64,000 nt of DNA, taken from positions 66,526,001-66,590,000 of the forward strand of contig NC_043004.1 of assembly GCF_006345805.1 (NCBI RefSeq), read 5' to 3'. A program made the position numbers and the translations under genes. The DNA is from Octopus sinensis (Eukaryota). Positions 12,657-26,675 of this stretch are shown piece after piece; positions within the stretch are counted from its first letter, which is position 1; each line of letters begins with the position of its first letter. Under the pieces are notes generated by a model, which was not told the DNA's origin, made no database searches, and saw only the letters and a list, made by a program, of their open reading frames with translations.

Positions 12657-13186
12657 ATATTTCCTCTATCATGCTCTTTTACTCTTTCGATAATGCTATT
12701 CCTGTTGCCCAGACAGTTCTTTGTTTCTCTCTATCTCTCTTACTAAATACAAAAAAAAAAAAAAAAACGCATGTTCTCTATATGTTTTCCTATTTATTTC
12801 TCTAATTTCCTGGAAATAGGTCATTTCCTTACATCAAATCGAAACTCATGCTAGTATTAATATCATGTGAGTCATTTTGAGAAAAAAATCATTTCATCAT
12901 AGATAAAAGTCATAAGGTAATATTTCCCACTCTATCCATCCGTCACTGTCTCTCGTTTCGCCGTTTCGCTCTATTCTTTCTAATTTTTGTAGCGCTGTCT
13001 ATATTTACCTTTATATATCTCTTTCTGTCTGGTCTTTTTTTTTTCAACACACACACACACACACACGCATGCACTCACATACATAGACAAACACACGTAC
13101 ACGCCCAAGCACAAGCACATATAGGGTTATGCGTGCTTGTCTGCATAATTTTGTTCGTAACTGTAAATGTACAAGTAAGAATTCAT

Positions 13187-13199
13187 ATGTATGTATATA

Positions 13200-13297
<98 letters not shown>

Positions 13298-13338
13298 TAT
13301 ACATATCCACACATACACATACAGACACATATATATAT

Positions 13339-13398
<60 letters not shown>

Positions 13399-13407
13399 GT
13401 ATATATG

Positions 13408-13480
<73 letters not shown>
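13187..13480. repeat. Long compound (TA)n/(CA)n/(CT)n microsatellite
   Basis: Direct reading; source of the six overlapping YI-repeat ORFs. Representative of dozens of similar tracts. Confidence 0.95.
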
Positions 13481-13481
<1 letters not shown>

Positions 13482-14444
13482 TACACACACAAGTATATAT
13501 GATACACCACCACATTTACAAAATGTTTTCTACACGTTCCTTCACTCTCTCTCACACGTTCTTGCATTTTTCTCATTCCACCATCATCTTTAAACAAGTA
13601 AACATTATTAAATGATCTACTATTCACTCACTATCTCTTTACGTATGCATGTATATACATACATACATACATAGACATATACACATACATACCCATTTAT
13701 ATACATACACGCGCCAACACACTCAAAAATCTACATACAGCTCCATATATTCACTCACATTTTGTCGTTTCTTGTAGATGTCTTTCCACTATCCACCAAT
13801 AATCATTTTCTATTTCCATATTTTTCCATCTCCCTCTCTTTAATTTCTGTATCGATCTGCTAATTTCTTTCACACCCTCCCTTATAGTACTTACCATTTT
13901 CTTTTCTGCACACATCTTCATCCTCTTAAAGCACTCACTCTAATTTTCCATCGCTAGGTCTCACTCTCTTGTCAGTCTCTGAATTTTTCTCACTTATTCC
14001 AATCATATATAACTCCATGCGAGTACTGTCCCTTTTTTTTTCCTCCTCTGTTGATTATAATATTGCAACTGATGCGATAATCGTTGCATTAGTTAATAAC
14101 GATTGCAAGTTTTGCTGTTTTATGTGATTGCAATGTTAATGGGATTTTTCTCTATATTTTTATGACATGGTATATTTTTATGGGAGAAAAAATCAATAAA
14201 TTTCATTTGTCCTTTGAAGTCAGTTCCTATTTATTGTCGTCGTGTTAATATAATGAACCTAGCAATTTTTGGTTTATATTCAAAATTGAATCTCTAGATT
14301 TGATAACGTCATAAACGCTATTAGATTGGTTGATAGTAAGAAAATTCATATATACAAACATAACATATTTGCACACTTACGTTACTTAACATAGACACAC
14401 TCAACTATACACACAGAGAAAGCGCACGCAGGTTTGCACGTATG

Positions 14445-14480
<36 letters not shown>

Positions 14481-14948
14481 CATACATACAAACATAAATA
14501 TATATATATATATGAATATATATATATATATTTATGTATGTATGTATATAAGCATGTACATACATACATTTATGTGTGCGTGCACTGCGTTCTGTGAATC
14601 TGTGCGGTTTTCTTGGTATCTCCAATTTACATCAAAGGGAGCGTGCAATGTAAAAATGTCACACGACTATTTCACAAAATTTTCTTACTAAGTATGAGTA
14701 TCAAGTGTGTTGTTATTTTTAATTTTTTTTATTTGAATATTTCCTGTTTAAAAAAAATCAAAATCAAAAAGCGAAAATCTCTGCATTGCATGCTTCCATT
14801 TTGCATCGGTTAATGTGTAGTATAATTTTATTTATATATATATACATACAAACATATGTGTCCATATATTTGCGGATATATATATATATATATATATGTA
14901 AACATATATATACATATACCATATATACGCATGTATATATGTATATAT

Positions 14949-14995
<47 letters not shown>

Positions 14996-15111
14996 GTGTG
15001 TATGTATTATGATATGCATGTATATGAATATGTATGCACAGAATACATTTCAATCGTGTATGAAATGCTAAACGACATATAGACAACATTGAAGGACTTT
15101 GTTGATAACAT

Positions 15112-15177
<66 letters not shown>

Positions 15178-15195
15178 CACTACTACTACCACTAC
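15112..15195. repeat. (ACT)n microsatellite
   Basis: Direct reading. Confidence 0.95.
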
Positions 15196-15666
15196 AGTAG
15201 ACATACTAATAACAGTATTACTACGAAAATTTATTTTCATTAATAATGGGTACTTTTCAATATGTTATTTCTTTATAAATTTATTATTGCAATTTTCAAT
15301 ATTATTGTCGTCATCAACACAATTACTTTATCTTCATTTTCTATCATACCCACCTCATTAATATTAATAGTAGCAGTAGCAATAGTAGTTGTTATATCAT
15401 AGTACGTCAGTCTTTCATGGGGGTATTAAGGTATTAGATATATACGTTTTACAAAGACTGAAGCGAAAATGATTAGCAATAAGATAATTATGGTTATATC
15501 TCGGAAATCTTCTGAATGAAATCTAAGTAAAACGGGGCTTTTATTAAAATATTTTCGTATAAGGAAATCTGTTTTTGTGTATCTTTTCATATATTATGAC
15601 GAAACATATTTGTATTTTACTGACGAATTTCAAACTGGATCACACTGTTATTTAATATTTATAATA

Positions 15667-16105
15667 TAAGGCGGGCGAGTTGGTAGAAACGTTAGCTCTC
15701 TGGGCGAAATGCTTGGTATTTCGTCTGTCTTTATATTCTGAGTTGAAATTCCGCCGAAGTCTTCTTTGCTTTTCATCGTATCGGGATCGATAAATTAAGT
15801 ACCAGTTGCGTACTGGGATATATCTACTTAACAATTCTCCTCCCCTAAAATTTCGGGCCTTGTACTTAGAGTAGAAATATTTATAATCTAAGTCGGGGAG
15901 CTGGCAGAAACGTTAGCACGCTGCGCGAAATGTTTAGTGGTATTTCGTTTTTCTTTAGCTTCTGAGTTTATATTCCGTCGAGGTCGCCTTTGCCCTTCAT
16001 CATTTCAGGTCGATAAATTAAGTAACATTTACGTGCCGGGGTTGATCTAATCGACAGGCCCCTCCCGCAAAAGTTTGTGTCTTGTACCTGGAGTAGAAAA
16101 CAATA
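15667..16105 (+). mobile_element. Head-to-tail dimer of family B SINEs
   Basis: Two units ggc..gagctggcagaaacgttagc...gagtt.aaattccg..gaggtc...gtcgataaattaagta...cccctcc...gagtagaaa starting near 15667 and 15890. Confidence 0.9.
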
Positions 16106-16185
16106 TAACATTCATAGAGAGGAACGCCAAGACACACACGTGCACAAAGGTATATTCAAAGCTGCACATATGTGTATATTTTACC

Positions 16186-16617
16186 TTTTGTATTTTACTT
16201 GCCACAGTTATTAGACTGCGGTCATGCTAGGGCATTACCTTTAAAACGTTTTAACCGAGCGAATCAACAACTGTACTTATTCTTACAATGATTGGTACTT
16301 ATTCTATCGTTCCCTTTGGCTGCACCGGGAATTTGCGCAGACGTAAACACACCAACAACGCTTGTCAAGCGGTGGTGGGGAGAAACACTCAGACACAAAG
16401 ATACACAGACACATACACACACTCACGCACACACGCGCGTACACAAACACACAAACATATGACAGGCTTCTTTCAGTTTTCGTGTAGCAAATTCACTCAC
16501 AAGATTTTGATTTACTCGAGGCATAAAGGAAAACATTTACTTAAGATGCCACAAAGTGGGATTTGGCTCGGTACAATGTGATCGGAAAGGAAAGCAAACC
16601 ACCACACTTGCGCCTGG
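16186..16617 (-). mobile_element. SINE family A, old full-length copy
   Basis: Decayed match to all modules, with internal (CA)n. Confidence 0.7.
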
Positions 16618-16939
16618 TATAGTTAGAACTATAAAATATATTAACACATACATTGTACAGTGTATAAAATCATGTGACATACAACTCCTTACGTTGGGCT
16701 GATCGGATGGATACAGAGATACAACCCGACCTGGTTGGTTCGTAATTGGGGCCCAACATGTTTAATTGTTAATGTGTTTAAAGTCTATTAAGGGCTGGTT
16801 CCGCATTGAAGTGTTGTGGTTGTGGTGATAAATGCCTTTTATAATCTAAGAACATTGCCTTCATATCCATATTTTGAAACTATCCTTGGATTTTGCAACC
16901 TTTCCTCATTCCGGATTGACAATTCGTTAAATACAAATC

Positions 16940-16972
16940 GAAAAAAGAAAGACAGACGGAAAGAAGGAAAAA

Positions 16973-17016
<44 letters not shown>

Positions 17017-17042
17017 CAGAAAGAAAGAAAGGAAGAAAGAAA
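16940..17042. repeat. (GAAA)n microsatellite
   Basis: Direct reading. Confidence 0.9.
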
Positions 17043-17467
17043 ACCTTCGTAATAATTGTAATTAGATGACAACTTCGATGGTGGTTATCCGCCGCAATAG
17101 TTACACTTCGATAGTTAAAAAATTGTGGAAAGCTCAGATGATAGATTTGATGGTTGTAATATTATTCAAATGTTTTTCTCTTTTTTATCGCTGGTAGGCT
17201 TTATCCGTTTAATGCTTTATCGCCATAACTAATATCATAAGTGGATTCCACTCCAGTGTAAGAATTTAATCAGTCTCAGAAACATTGTAAAAGTCAGTGA
17301 GTACTACCCTTACTCTAGTAATTAAAAAATTGAATCAATACAGACATTTATAATTCACTACCTATTTGTATATCTGTGTCGTATCAAATGCTTAAGCATG
17401 ATATTAAATTTTCTTTCCCATAGAGATTAATAAAACAAATATCGTGTACTTAATCTTACAATGCCAC

Positions 17468-17805
17468 TCAGGAGTGGCTGTGTGGTAAGTAGCTTGCTTA
17501 CCAACCACATGGTTCCGGGTATATATATATATATGTACATATATATATATATGTGTGTGTGTGTGTGTATGTATGTATGTGTATATGTTCGTGTGTCTGT
17601 ATTTGCCCCCCCCCAACATCGCTTGACAACCGATGCTGGTGTGTTTAAGTCCCCGTAACTTAGCGGTTCGGCAAAAGAGACCGATAGAATAAGTACTAGG
17701 CTTCTAAAAATAAGTCCTGGTTCGATTTGCTCGATTAAAAGGCGGTGACCCAGCATGGCCGCAGTCAAATGACTGAAACAATTAAAAGAGTAAAAGAGTA
17801 AATAG
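17468..17805 (+). mobile_element. SINE family A with internal deletion
   Basis: Head aggagtggctgtgtggtaagtagcttgcttaccaaccacatggttccgggt jumps directly to (TA)n; 3' half intact. Confidence 0.9.
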
Positions 17806-20800
17806 CTTAAAATCAATACGGACGGACGGAGTTAGATGAAACTGTGTAATATCCACGTCTTTCTGTTGTCATCAACTTGCTAAAAGTACCAAGCAATCTC
17901 TTGCAATATGTTTTTTTTTTAAATAAATGAACACGTTGTGATTCTGGTTTCCTACGCATAGGATAGATTCAGAGAGATCATGGTTTGTATGAATTTGGCC
18001 ATAGCCAAAACCTGATCAAGATTATCTGGATCTAAACAATAACAGCGACAAAAACAAAAACGATCGCAGGGATATCAACAGCAGCAGCTTTAACGACAAC
18101 AACGATGACAGGAACATCAAAACTATGCTTTTTTCAATTACTTATATTAATAGTGATCACGTTTTATTTAAATTGGATTATAAGAATTTACTCATTAAGG
18201 ATTGCGCTGTCAGGTGAGATGCTTTTCCAGATAAGATTAAATGTTTGTATATCTACATATCCCCATTCCCTGGTTCCATGTCTGACATGAGATATGATGC
18301 AAAATATGTTTGCTACTACTTGTGTTTTCATATCTGATTATGCCTCTTATTTGCTTTTATTCGCCTAATTTGCTTTTATTGCACTAATTAAAAAAAATTG
18401 CTAGAGAAATAGTGAGCTTTATTTAATAACCAGTTGATCTCGCAAGCGGGGCCTCATATCAGTGAGGGGGGGGGGCGGTGCGAATTGATGCTGTCGAGAG
18501 GCAGGCCCCAAAACGGTGCGCATTATATCCTGATCACCCCATACACTTGATGGTTTCCGGTATGCGGACAACTCGACTGGTAGCACTTGCATGTTCAAGT
18601 TGTTTGCAAGACATCTAAGCCATATCATTCATCTACAGTGTGTAATGGAGAAATACGCACAAAACATTTTCTTTCTTTCTTTCTTCATTTATTTATTCCT
18701 TTCTTTTTTCTTTATTTCTCCCTTACTCTGTTGTGATATATGGTTCATCCGAAAAGAAAGTCTATTTCTTTGCTTTTGCTTCTTTATTCTGCACACAATT
18801 CCCTGTTCACAACTTTTTCCGTTAATTATTTTTTTTTGTGTGTTTTACATTTCACCATCAAACTTCTGAATTTCTTTTCACCTATTTTAACCTCATGCTT
18901 TGACCAACTGCCCTTTCCTATTCCCTTCTTTCCATTTGTGCTACTTTACCTATGAATCAACAGTACCACTTTTGTATTAAAATATAATATTGTGCCATAT
19001 TCAAAAATGAATTATTACTTCTTACCTAACCCCGAAATTATCTAATTCATAATAACTAACCATTAGCTGACTTTAGAAACACTGTCTTGTATAAAATAGA
19101 AACATGTGAATTGCAAAAATTCTCATTTAATAATCGAAATTTCGTTTAGTTTCGATCACTTTGGTAATTCTTTCCTGCCTCTACAAATGGTTTGTGTTTA
19201 GAAAACATTAATTATCTAGACACAATTGAAGAATATAAACATATTTTCCATTAAATTGATTGTACCTGTCGTTCAGCAAAACTGACCTGTGTCTAGGCTG
19301 AGGAAAATCAATATTATTCATGTATGCACTCTGTTTCCCAAATGTCCTATCATATTTTAATTAAAATATTTTAATTCTTCTAACTTGCTGAATGTTTCCA
19401 AAAACGAATTCCGATGAAAGTCATCTATTATACTCTAATCAATATCCAATTAGATTAAATATATTTATGAGTAGATTTTAGGCAAAATTCCTTTCGCTAT
19501 ATAGAATATTATATCAAAGTCAAATTGAAATTATTGAAATTTTTCAGTTGGAGATTTAAATAATTTTATCATTTGTTTCTTTTATGTTTGTAAATGATAA
19601 ATAATTACATTATATTGTCTAATGTTTCTTAAAAGAAATCAACCTGCTATTGTCTACTGTACACCATTATGTATGAAGATTTATGAAAATGATTTCACAG
19701 GAGAATTTATTAATATGAGACTTCCATCGCTTTTTTTAAATACATAATCACTGTTCGTCTATGAATAAGAAATTTATACATTTGTGTAAAGATCGGTAAA
19801 ATCGGAATAGAATTAAAACGTATGTATTCATATTTAGTATAAATACGATAGTTGGTGAAATACCAGAGTTAATAAAATCATTGTACTTTGATAGATATAG
19901 ATTTAAAATAAAATAACAGCAAGTTGTTTGAAAGAACAAACTATTGTGGTTCATTCACACTTGTTCAGTTTCAGAAATCCCGAAATGATATAGTAGACAA
20001 TTTGAAATAAATTTCCATTTTTGTTTCATCATATTTAATTGTTAGATAATTTCACTTTAATTGCATATTAACTGTCTTGAAATATGACATAAACTATTAC
20101 TATGTGTCCGTAAATCGTTTGTTAATGATGCTACTGTTAGGTCCCATGTCAAACCTGAATGAAAAATTATGTAATCAAATATATTCCAGCGATGATTTGA
20201 GTAATATTTTGCATTTCAGATATGCAGATATACATTTTCTACTACGTGAATTTTCGTTAAAGAAAATGCAGTGAAATAATAGGCGGAAATTTAGTTTAAG
20301 GGGCCATGTGTGAGCCAGTAGAAGAACTTATCCAGGCTCCGACTAATGATATCTTTATTAACTTGGAAATATAACGTGAGATTATTCTCCAAATAAAACG
20401 ATTTTTATCACGAGGATCTATTCTTTTCCATAGTTGCCTTTTGTCTCAGCGACAACTTTAATTGACAATCAAAGGTCTTTCACCTAATAGTTTTCTTTCA
20501 GACACTAACAACTACGTTATCCAAAGTGTGTTGTATCCCCTTACTGGGGGATAGTCCTGAATTGCAAGAGGTATATATATTTAGTATACCTAATGACCAT
20601 ATTTAGCTTCCCTCCTTGATGGGTTGTAATATAGTAATATATGAAAATATAGCAGAGGATAGTAATATGATTAAAATGACACTCTTTTAAGAGAATTAGA
20701 CACCCATGATATATTCGTAATACATTTAAAATAGATATAGTTTACATCATCAATACAACTTCACTCGAATATAGGTTTAAAACACTCCGATCCGTCAAAC

Positions 20801-23559
20801 TAATATTAGTTACATTTGCAAAAATAGTAGAGCATTTTCTCCATGGCTGTATCACTCCATGTCTTAATTTAGCGGAAACTGCTTTATACATACATGCAAA
20901 AATAAATGCACGTGTGCGCAAACGCATGCACACATTCACACTCACTAACACACACAGACGTGCGTGCATGCGCGCGAGCACACAAATATATATTTCAATA
21001 GAAATTATGCCATATGTAAATAAAGCATGAATTTGATTTTGAAGCCCTCAAAAGTACAGTAGCAGAATTAGAAAGATATACTTTTTGAACGCGTAAGTAC
21101 TGATAGAACAGCATCTATGGGATAAAATCCCTACAGCTGGGGGTTCACAGATGTTTCTGCTGTACAGACGCGCTGAAATAAAAATATATCTTTCAGTATA
21201 TGATTTTCTAGTGAATAATCTTACTAAATGTATAATGATTTTAAAAAATATAAAAGTGCCATCGTAGTCACTTTATTTTGTTAACATTACAAATAAAATA
21301 TTTTAAGTTTTTTTTTTTTTAGAAAATGAAATGTTTTGCAACAGTGTGACGCGCATCAGTTGAGAATGTATGGTAGAATAAATGAGTAAGAACAATTGAT
21401 AGGCAATTGGAAAAAATGTGTGATTAAGTGTTAGGTTAGTCAGGGTTAAAGGTTGAATTTTCAACAGAAATAACAACAATGGCAACAAGTAGTGAAGATA
21501 ATCCCAAAAGAAATTCGAAAGTATTTGACTTAACGCCATCTTATCTCCTAATCTACCACGCTCATCGCTTGATAGCAATTACCTTTAACATTGACATCAT
21601 CTTGTTTATAACTCGTACCTCTCTCCTCTCTTCAATAGCTCAATATTTGTATCAGGGAATTAATAAATACACAATAAATGTTAATCTGTTTCCAGATCTC
21701 CCCTTCTCTAGTCGCTTACCTGATAAAAGATAAATCAATAGTTTAAAACGTATATTTAAATATGCACTAATCAAATGAAGGCAACTATTCACACACACAC
21801 ACATCCACATAGACACAGTCACACGGAGGCGCATATTGGACGCAACTCATCAAACTTATTAAATACTTTGAAGATATAAAATTTAATATTTATTTCTCAT
21901 TTTCGCAGACGGCTAGATATGTGTAAAAGAATCATGTAGTCAATTTGTCTGAACTCGTCGAAGCCATGAACTTTGTTTATTTGTTTTTATTAGAGTTAGA
22001 GTCAAACTCAATCCCAGCATGATTTAAACATAAAACCATTGAAAGCCAAATCCAAATATTCTACCAATCTGCAGTCTTGGGGGTTTTTTTCATGTGAGAT
22101 AAATATCAAAGCGCTAAAACTCTGTAACCGACGGTGTGCCAAGGATGGTCTTACATGCTTTGCAATGTGTAGCTTCCGACCTCATTACAATCAAAATTGT
22201 AATGGGGGGGGGGTGGATCCCAAAATGCGTTTTCCATCTTCATTGTTATTAAAATGAGTAGAACTTATTTCGTTATGGATAAACACTTCTACTCAATTAA
22301 AAATTGATATTAATGTCTTTCTTAATCAACCTAACAATATTTCTGATTGAGTATAATCTATCAATTATCCCAAAGGAATGAAGATACTTGAAATTAAAAC
22401 TGAGTTATGCTTTTCTCCTGCGCCATGACTGCATTCTGATTTAGAACACCAGTGAAACAATTATTTATAGAAGCGAAATATTTATTACATAAGTTCACGA
22501 AGTTTATGCAACCTGAGTCTTAATATTTAAATTCGAACTACTGCATACAGGTTTTGTCATTGAATCTGGAAAGGTGTTGTGTCATGGAAGTAGGTAATCA
22601 AAGCTGAGCCTGTAATATTCTGTAGAGATCCGTTTCAATTCGCTTCAATTGAATAAACAGCATAATGTATAAATCTTCCTTGAAATAATGGAGAATTTAT
22701 ATAATTAGGACAAATTACATTAGAATTTAATGAATATGTTTACATATTGCCATGTTGCTCATTAGGAGAGTGTTAAACATAATGGTTAGTATGATGTGAA
22801 CGAATTACATTGGAAAAGAGTTCGTTATCTAGAATCCACAAGTTTTACAATTGCACATCATCATATACAATTTAAACGTATCGTAACGTAACGTTATAAA
22901 TATTGATTTAACACATGGGATATCATCATATTTACTTTTCGCTTGTAGTTAGTTTCGAAAATAATTAATTTCCTTTATGATATATAGCAATTCAATCAAA
23001 TGATGTAACACAGCATTACTTAATTTCTCATTAAATAATACATTTATTACAGATCAATATATTCAATAGAGTAGAAGGAATAGAGATGATATCTACTTTA
23101 AAACTGGAAGCAAATCTATGATTGTTTCTGCAATATCGTTATCAATTAATTTAGTCAACTACTAATTAAGTATTCAAATGAGGATCAATTTAATTACGAG
23201 CACAATTTTGATACTTCTGTTTTCATATTTCCAAGCGTATGCATCAACTGAATATTTATTTAGACCAGTACCAATTAAAATAAACAACTTGGCCAACCAA
23301 ATATATCGGGTAGAGAAAGAAATAATGAATGCTTCTTCAATTTGCTATTCAATAGGGATAAGTTATTCATTCATTTCTCGCTTTTATAATTTCATATTTT
23401 TACCAATGCACTCATTTAATGGTAGGTTAACATGTTTAATTAACGCTATATTTTAGAAGAGCCTCCATGAGTTGCCTCGGCCGAATAGAAATAACAGCCA
23501 CACCTTTTTCTCTCGCAAAATAAAACACTATTTTTTTTATATAAAAATATAAAAATAAT

Positions 23560-23811
23560 AAATGTGCCGCTTTAAAGCCTAGCCAGGCTCATGGGCCCGG
23601 TTTTCCCGGTTTCCATGCCGTATGTGTTCCCGAGCTGGATGGGACGCCAGTCCATCGCAGCGTTACTCATTTTTGCCAGCTGAATGGACTGGAGCAACGT
23701 GAAACGAAGTGTTTTGCTCAAGAACACAACGCATCGCCCGGTCCAAGAATCAAAATCACAATCTTACGATCATGGTACTGGCACCCTAACTACTAAGCCA
23801 CGCGTCTCCAC
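23560..23811 (-). mobile_element. tRNA-derived SINE, MetaSINE-like
   Basis: Minus strand A-box tggcttagtag, then gtgttcttgagcaaaacactt...gctgcgatggactggcgtcccatccag...gaaaccggg, recalled as resembling the Meta core domain; superfamily assignment not checked. Confidence 0.65.
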
Positions 23812-24554
23812 TATATATAAAAGCATAGCTATAAAGTAATTCTCACTCAAAAAAGATCTGAATGGTAATGACTGAAACAGCATTTGTCAGAGACAGTGCA
23901 ACAAAAATAATCTTTTCCTCTACAAGCACAAAGCCTGAAATTTAAAAGGCGTAAGTCGGTTACATCGACCCCAGTACTTAACATATACTAATTTCATTGA
24001 ATCCAAAAGGATAGATGCCAAAGTTGACCTTGGTAAGTTTTAAGTTCAGAACACGTAAAGATAGGCAAACGACAGCTGCGTCTTATGTCCGGCTTTTTTT
24101 TATGATTCTGCTACTTCCTGGCCTTATGCCTGTGTCAAAATGTTAACAACGAAAATAACGAAAGAACACAATGTAAACCTGTTTGTCTATAAATCAAAAT
24201 ACAAAACAGAATGTGTGACATAATTAAACTGTATATCACGATTCACCTGATATCAAGATACAAACTATACCAACATACCTCAGCGGCTGAATTCTATAAT
24301 CAGATAGATTTATCTTCTGGTATCTCTCATTCGCATCTACGCTGTTCTGCTTGATAACATAATTAGATGCATTCCAATAAATTTATTATAAATATGTTTT
24401 TTTTTTTCAATTACACTTAGCACTTGGTAATCATTTGAAGGATAATGTTCATTTCTCTTGTTCTAAGTTTCTTTCTCTGTTTCTAAACGTTCCAAAACCA
24501 AGGACAACACATACGTGTCATTTTCTTCAGCTTCAGTTATGTCTCACACACACA

Positions 24555-24597
<43 letters not shown>

Positions 24598-24785
24598 ACT
24601 CTATTCTTTACTGTCACCTTCTCTCACTATATACAAACATACACGAATGGCATAACATGAGGATGGAGGATATCAAGATATTCACAAAACTCTAACATGA
24701 ATCAAACGTATTCGACTTTTTGAAGTGCTCATACACAGCTGTTGCTAAAAATAATTAAATTATATAATGATTATAAAGAATCGCG

Positions 24786-25165
24786 TAGGAGTGGCTGTGT
24801 GGTAAGTAGCTTGCTTACCAACCACATGGTTCCGGGTTCAATACCACCGCGTATCACTTTGGGCACGTGTCTTCTACTATATCCTCGAGCCGACCAAAGC
24901 CTTGTGAGTGGATTTGGAAGATGGAAACTTAAAAAAGCCCGTCGTACATATGTCCGTGTGTGTATATGTTTGTGTTTGCTCCTCCCACATCGCTTGACAA
25001 GCGATGCTGGTGTGTTTACGTCCCCGTAACTTAGCGGTTCTGCAAAAGATATCGATAGAATAAGTACTAGGCTTACAAAGAATAAGTCCTGGGGTCGATT
25101 TGCTCGACTAAAGGCAGTGCTCCAGCATGGCCACAGTCAAATGACTGAAACAAGTAAAAGAGTAA
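24786..25165 (+). mobile_element. SINE family A, full length
   Basis: A-box TGGCTGTGTGG, B-box GGTTCAATACC, body, GT-rich middle, tail ...caaatgactgaaacaagtaaaagagt. Confidence 0.95.
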
Positions 25166-26585
25166 TGATCATCTATGATGGTATATGAATTTAAAGTTAG
25201 CAACATAAAGTAGGTGTGCAGTGTAGAAACAAATGTTGCGATTTACTATTGAAGCTTGATAGCGTCCATTCTCATATTATATCATTCTTGTATTAATCTC
25301 ATGTAAAGAAGAGTTCCGCATGTGTATTTAGCCCTGAAATATATATAACTCTACTGAAGGATAATTCGTGGTAACCACATATACGTATATAAATGTGTGT
25401 GCGCGTGCGATGTATGCGTGCTGTGGAGTGTGAGAGCGTGTGTGTTACTTCTGAATTTACAAAAGCGAAAGTGCAAGCGATATATTTAACAGTAGATATT
25501 TATTTATTCAAATATCACGTGGATAATTTTGTTCAGGTTATTTCTACAAATCTCTTATAGAAATTATAGCCACGACTGATTGTTGTTACAACGTTTCGTA
25601 TCGAGATGTGAGATGTAAACAAACAATGAAGACAAAAATGGGTAATAGGTGTGTATGCCATATTTCGGGGGTTGTTACCCCTTCAATAGCACCCATCTAA
25701 GTCATTCTTGCCTCCGAACACATTGCTTATATGGACACCGTATACTAGGATGTCAAATTATTGACTCTATCACTTTACATATTAATCGCTTCCTGGAACT
25801 GGTACGTAATCAGCCTTATGCCTATAAGTTCTCCCTCGCTGAGAAAGCTTACCTCACAACGCGTATAATGCTTCATTATAACCGATGATGCCTATTCCGA
25901 TAAAGATGAATTCTATTGCTGCGTTAGAATACTCTGGAATACTTCAGAATTCTCTGGCATTTTTTGCTGAATTTTCTATTATATTCGCTAATATATGCGG
26001 TAGAAATACGTTAAAGTTTCCTACTAATCTGGTATATAATGCATTACGTTATATTTAAAGATATTACCAATGAAATGAAAATCATACAAGGATATTTAGA
26101 GAAATGTGTTTAATTGTATGAGGTAGTAGGGGATCAGGTAAACACACGCATATTTTTCATCGTTTTTCTGAGAATATGCTGTGAATATCCCAAATTCACA
26201 TCCCAAATTCAACTACAGTACACGTCTGAATTTTCCTTAAAGACAGAGTATTTCGCAAACGTATGACATACTTAGAATATCATTTTCGGTATCTTGAGAA
26301 TTGGAATGAAGTAACCCAAGACATTCTATATATCCATCCCACACATCTATCTATCCATCCATCCATCCGTCCGTCTGTCCGTCTTTGAGTCTGTGAGTCC
26401 GTCTCTCTGTCGGTCTGTCTGTCGGTCAGTCTTTCAGTCTGTCTGTCTATCTATCTATCTATCTATTTATCTATCTACATATCTATCTAACTATCTATCT
26501 ATTTATTTATCTTCATATATATATATATATATATATTGGTGAATTGAAGAAATGGAGCTGAACGCAGATTGAACAGAAATCGTTT

Positions 26586-26675
26586 TATTTCATTCTACAC
26601 GTGTTTCGAAAGGCACAAATTACCAAATCCGATTGAATAATGGGACCATATTGTGTCTTTCTCTTCAGGAAGAAA
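26586..26675 (-). ncRNA. Minimal type I hammerhead ribozyme (left arm)
   Basis: TTTCTTC-CTGAAGA-GAAAGACACAA...TTGTGCCTTTC-GAAAC-ACGT-GTA-GAATGAAA: canonical core, 11-bp stem II with one mismatch, palindromic loop 3. Confidence 0.8.

Noticed and set aside
11168-15361. Many long ORFs of YI/CV/HT/T/V repeats (also 30-32 kb, 43.8-45.8 kb, 52.7-54.9 kb, 61.4 kb)
   Set aside because: Stop-free translations of microsatellites; no coding signal.
21479-21733. ORF MATSSEDNPKRNSK with a good start context
   Set aside because: Only a weak donor (gtattt), the rest of the ORF looks random, and no homology is recognised.
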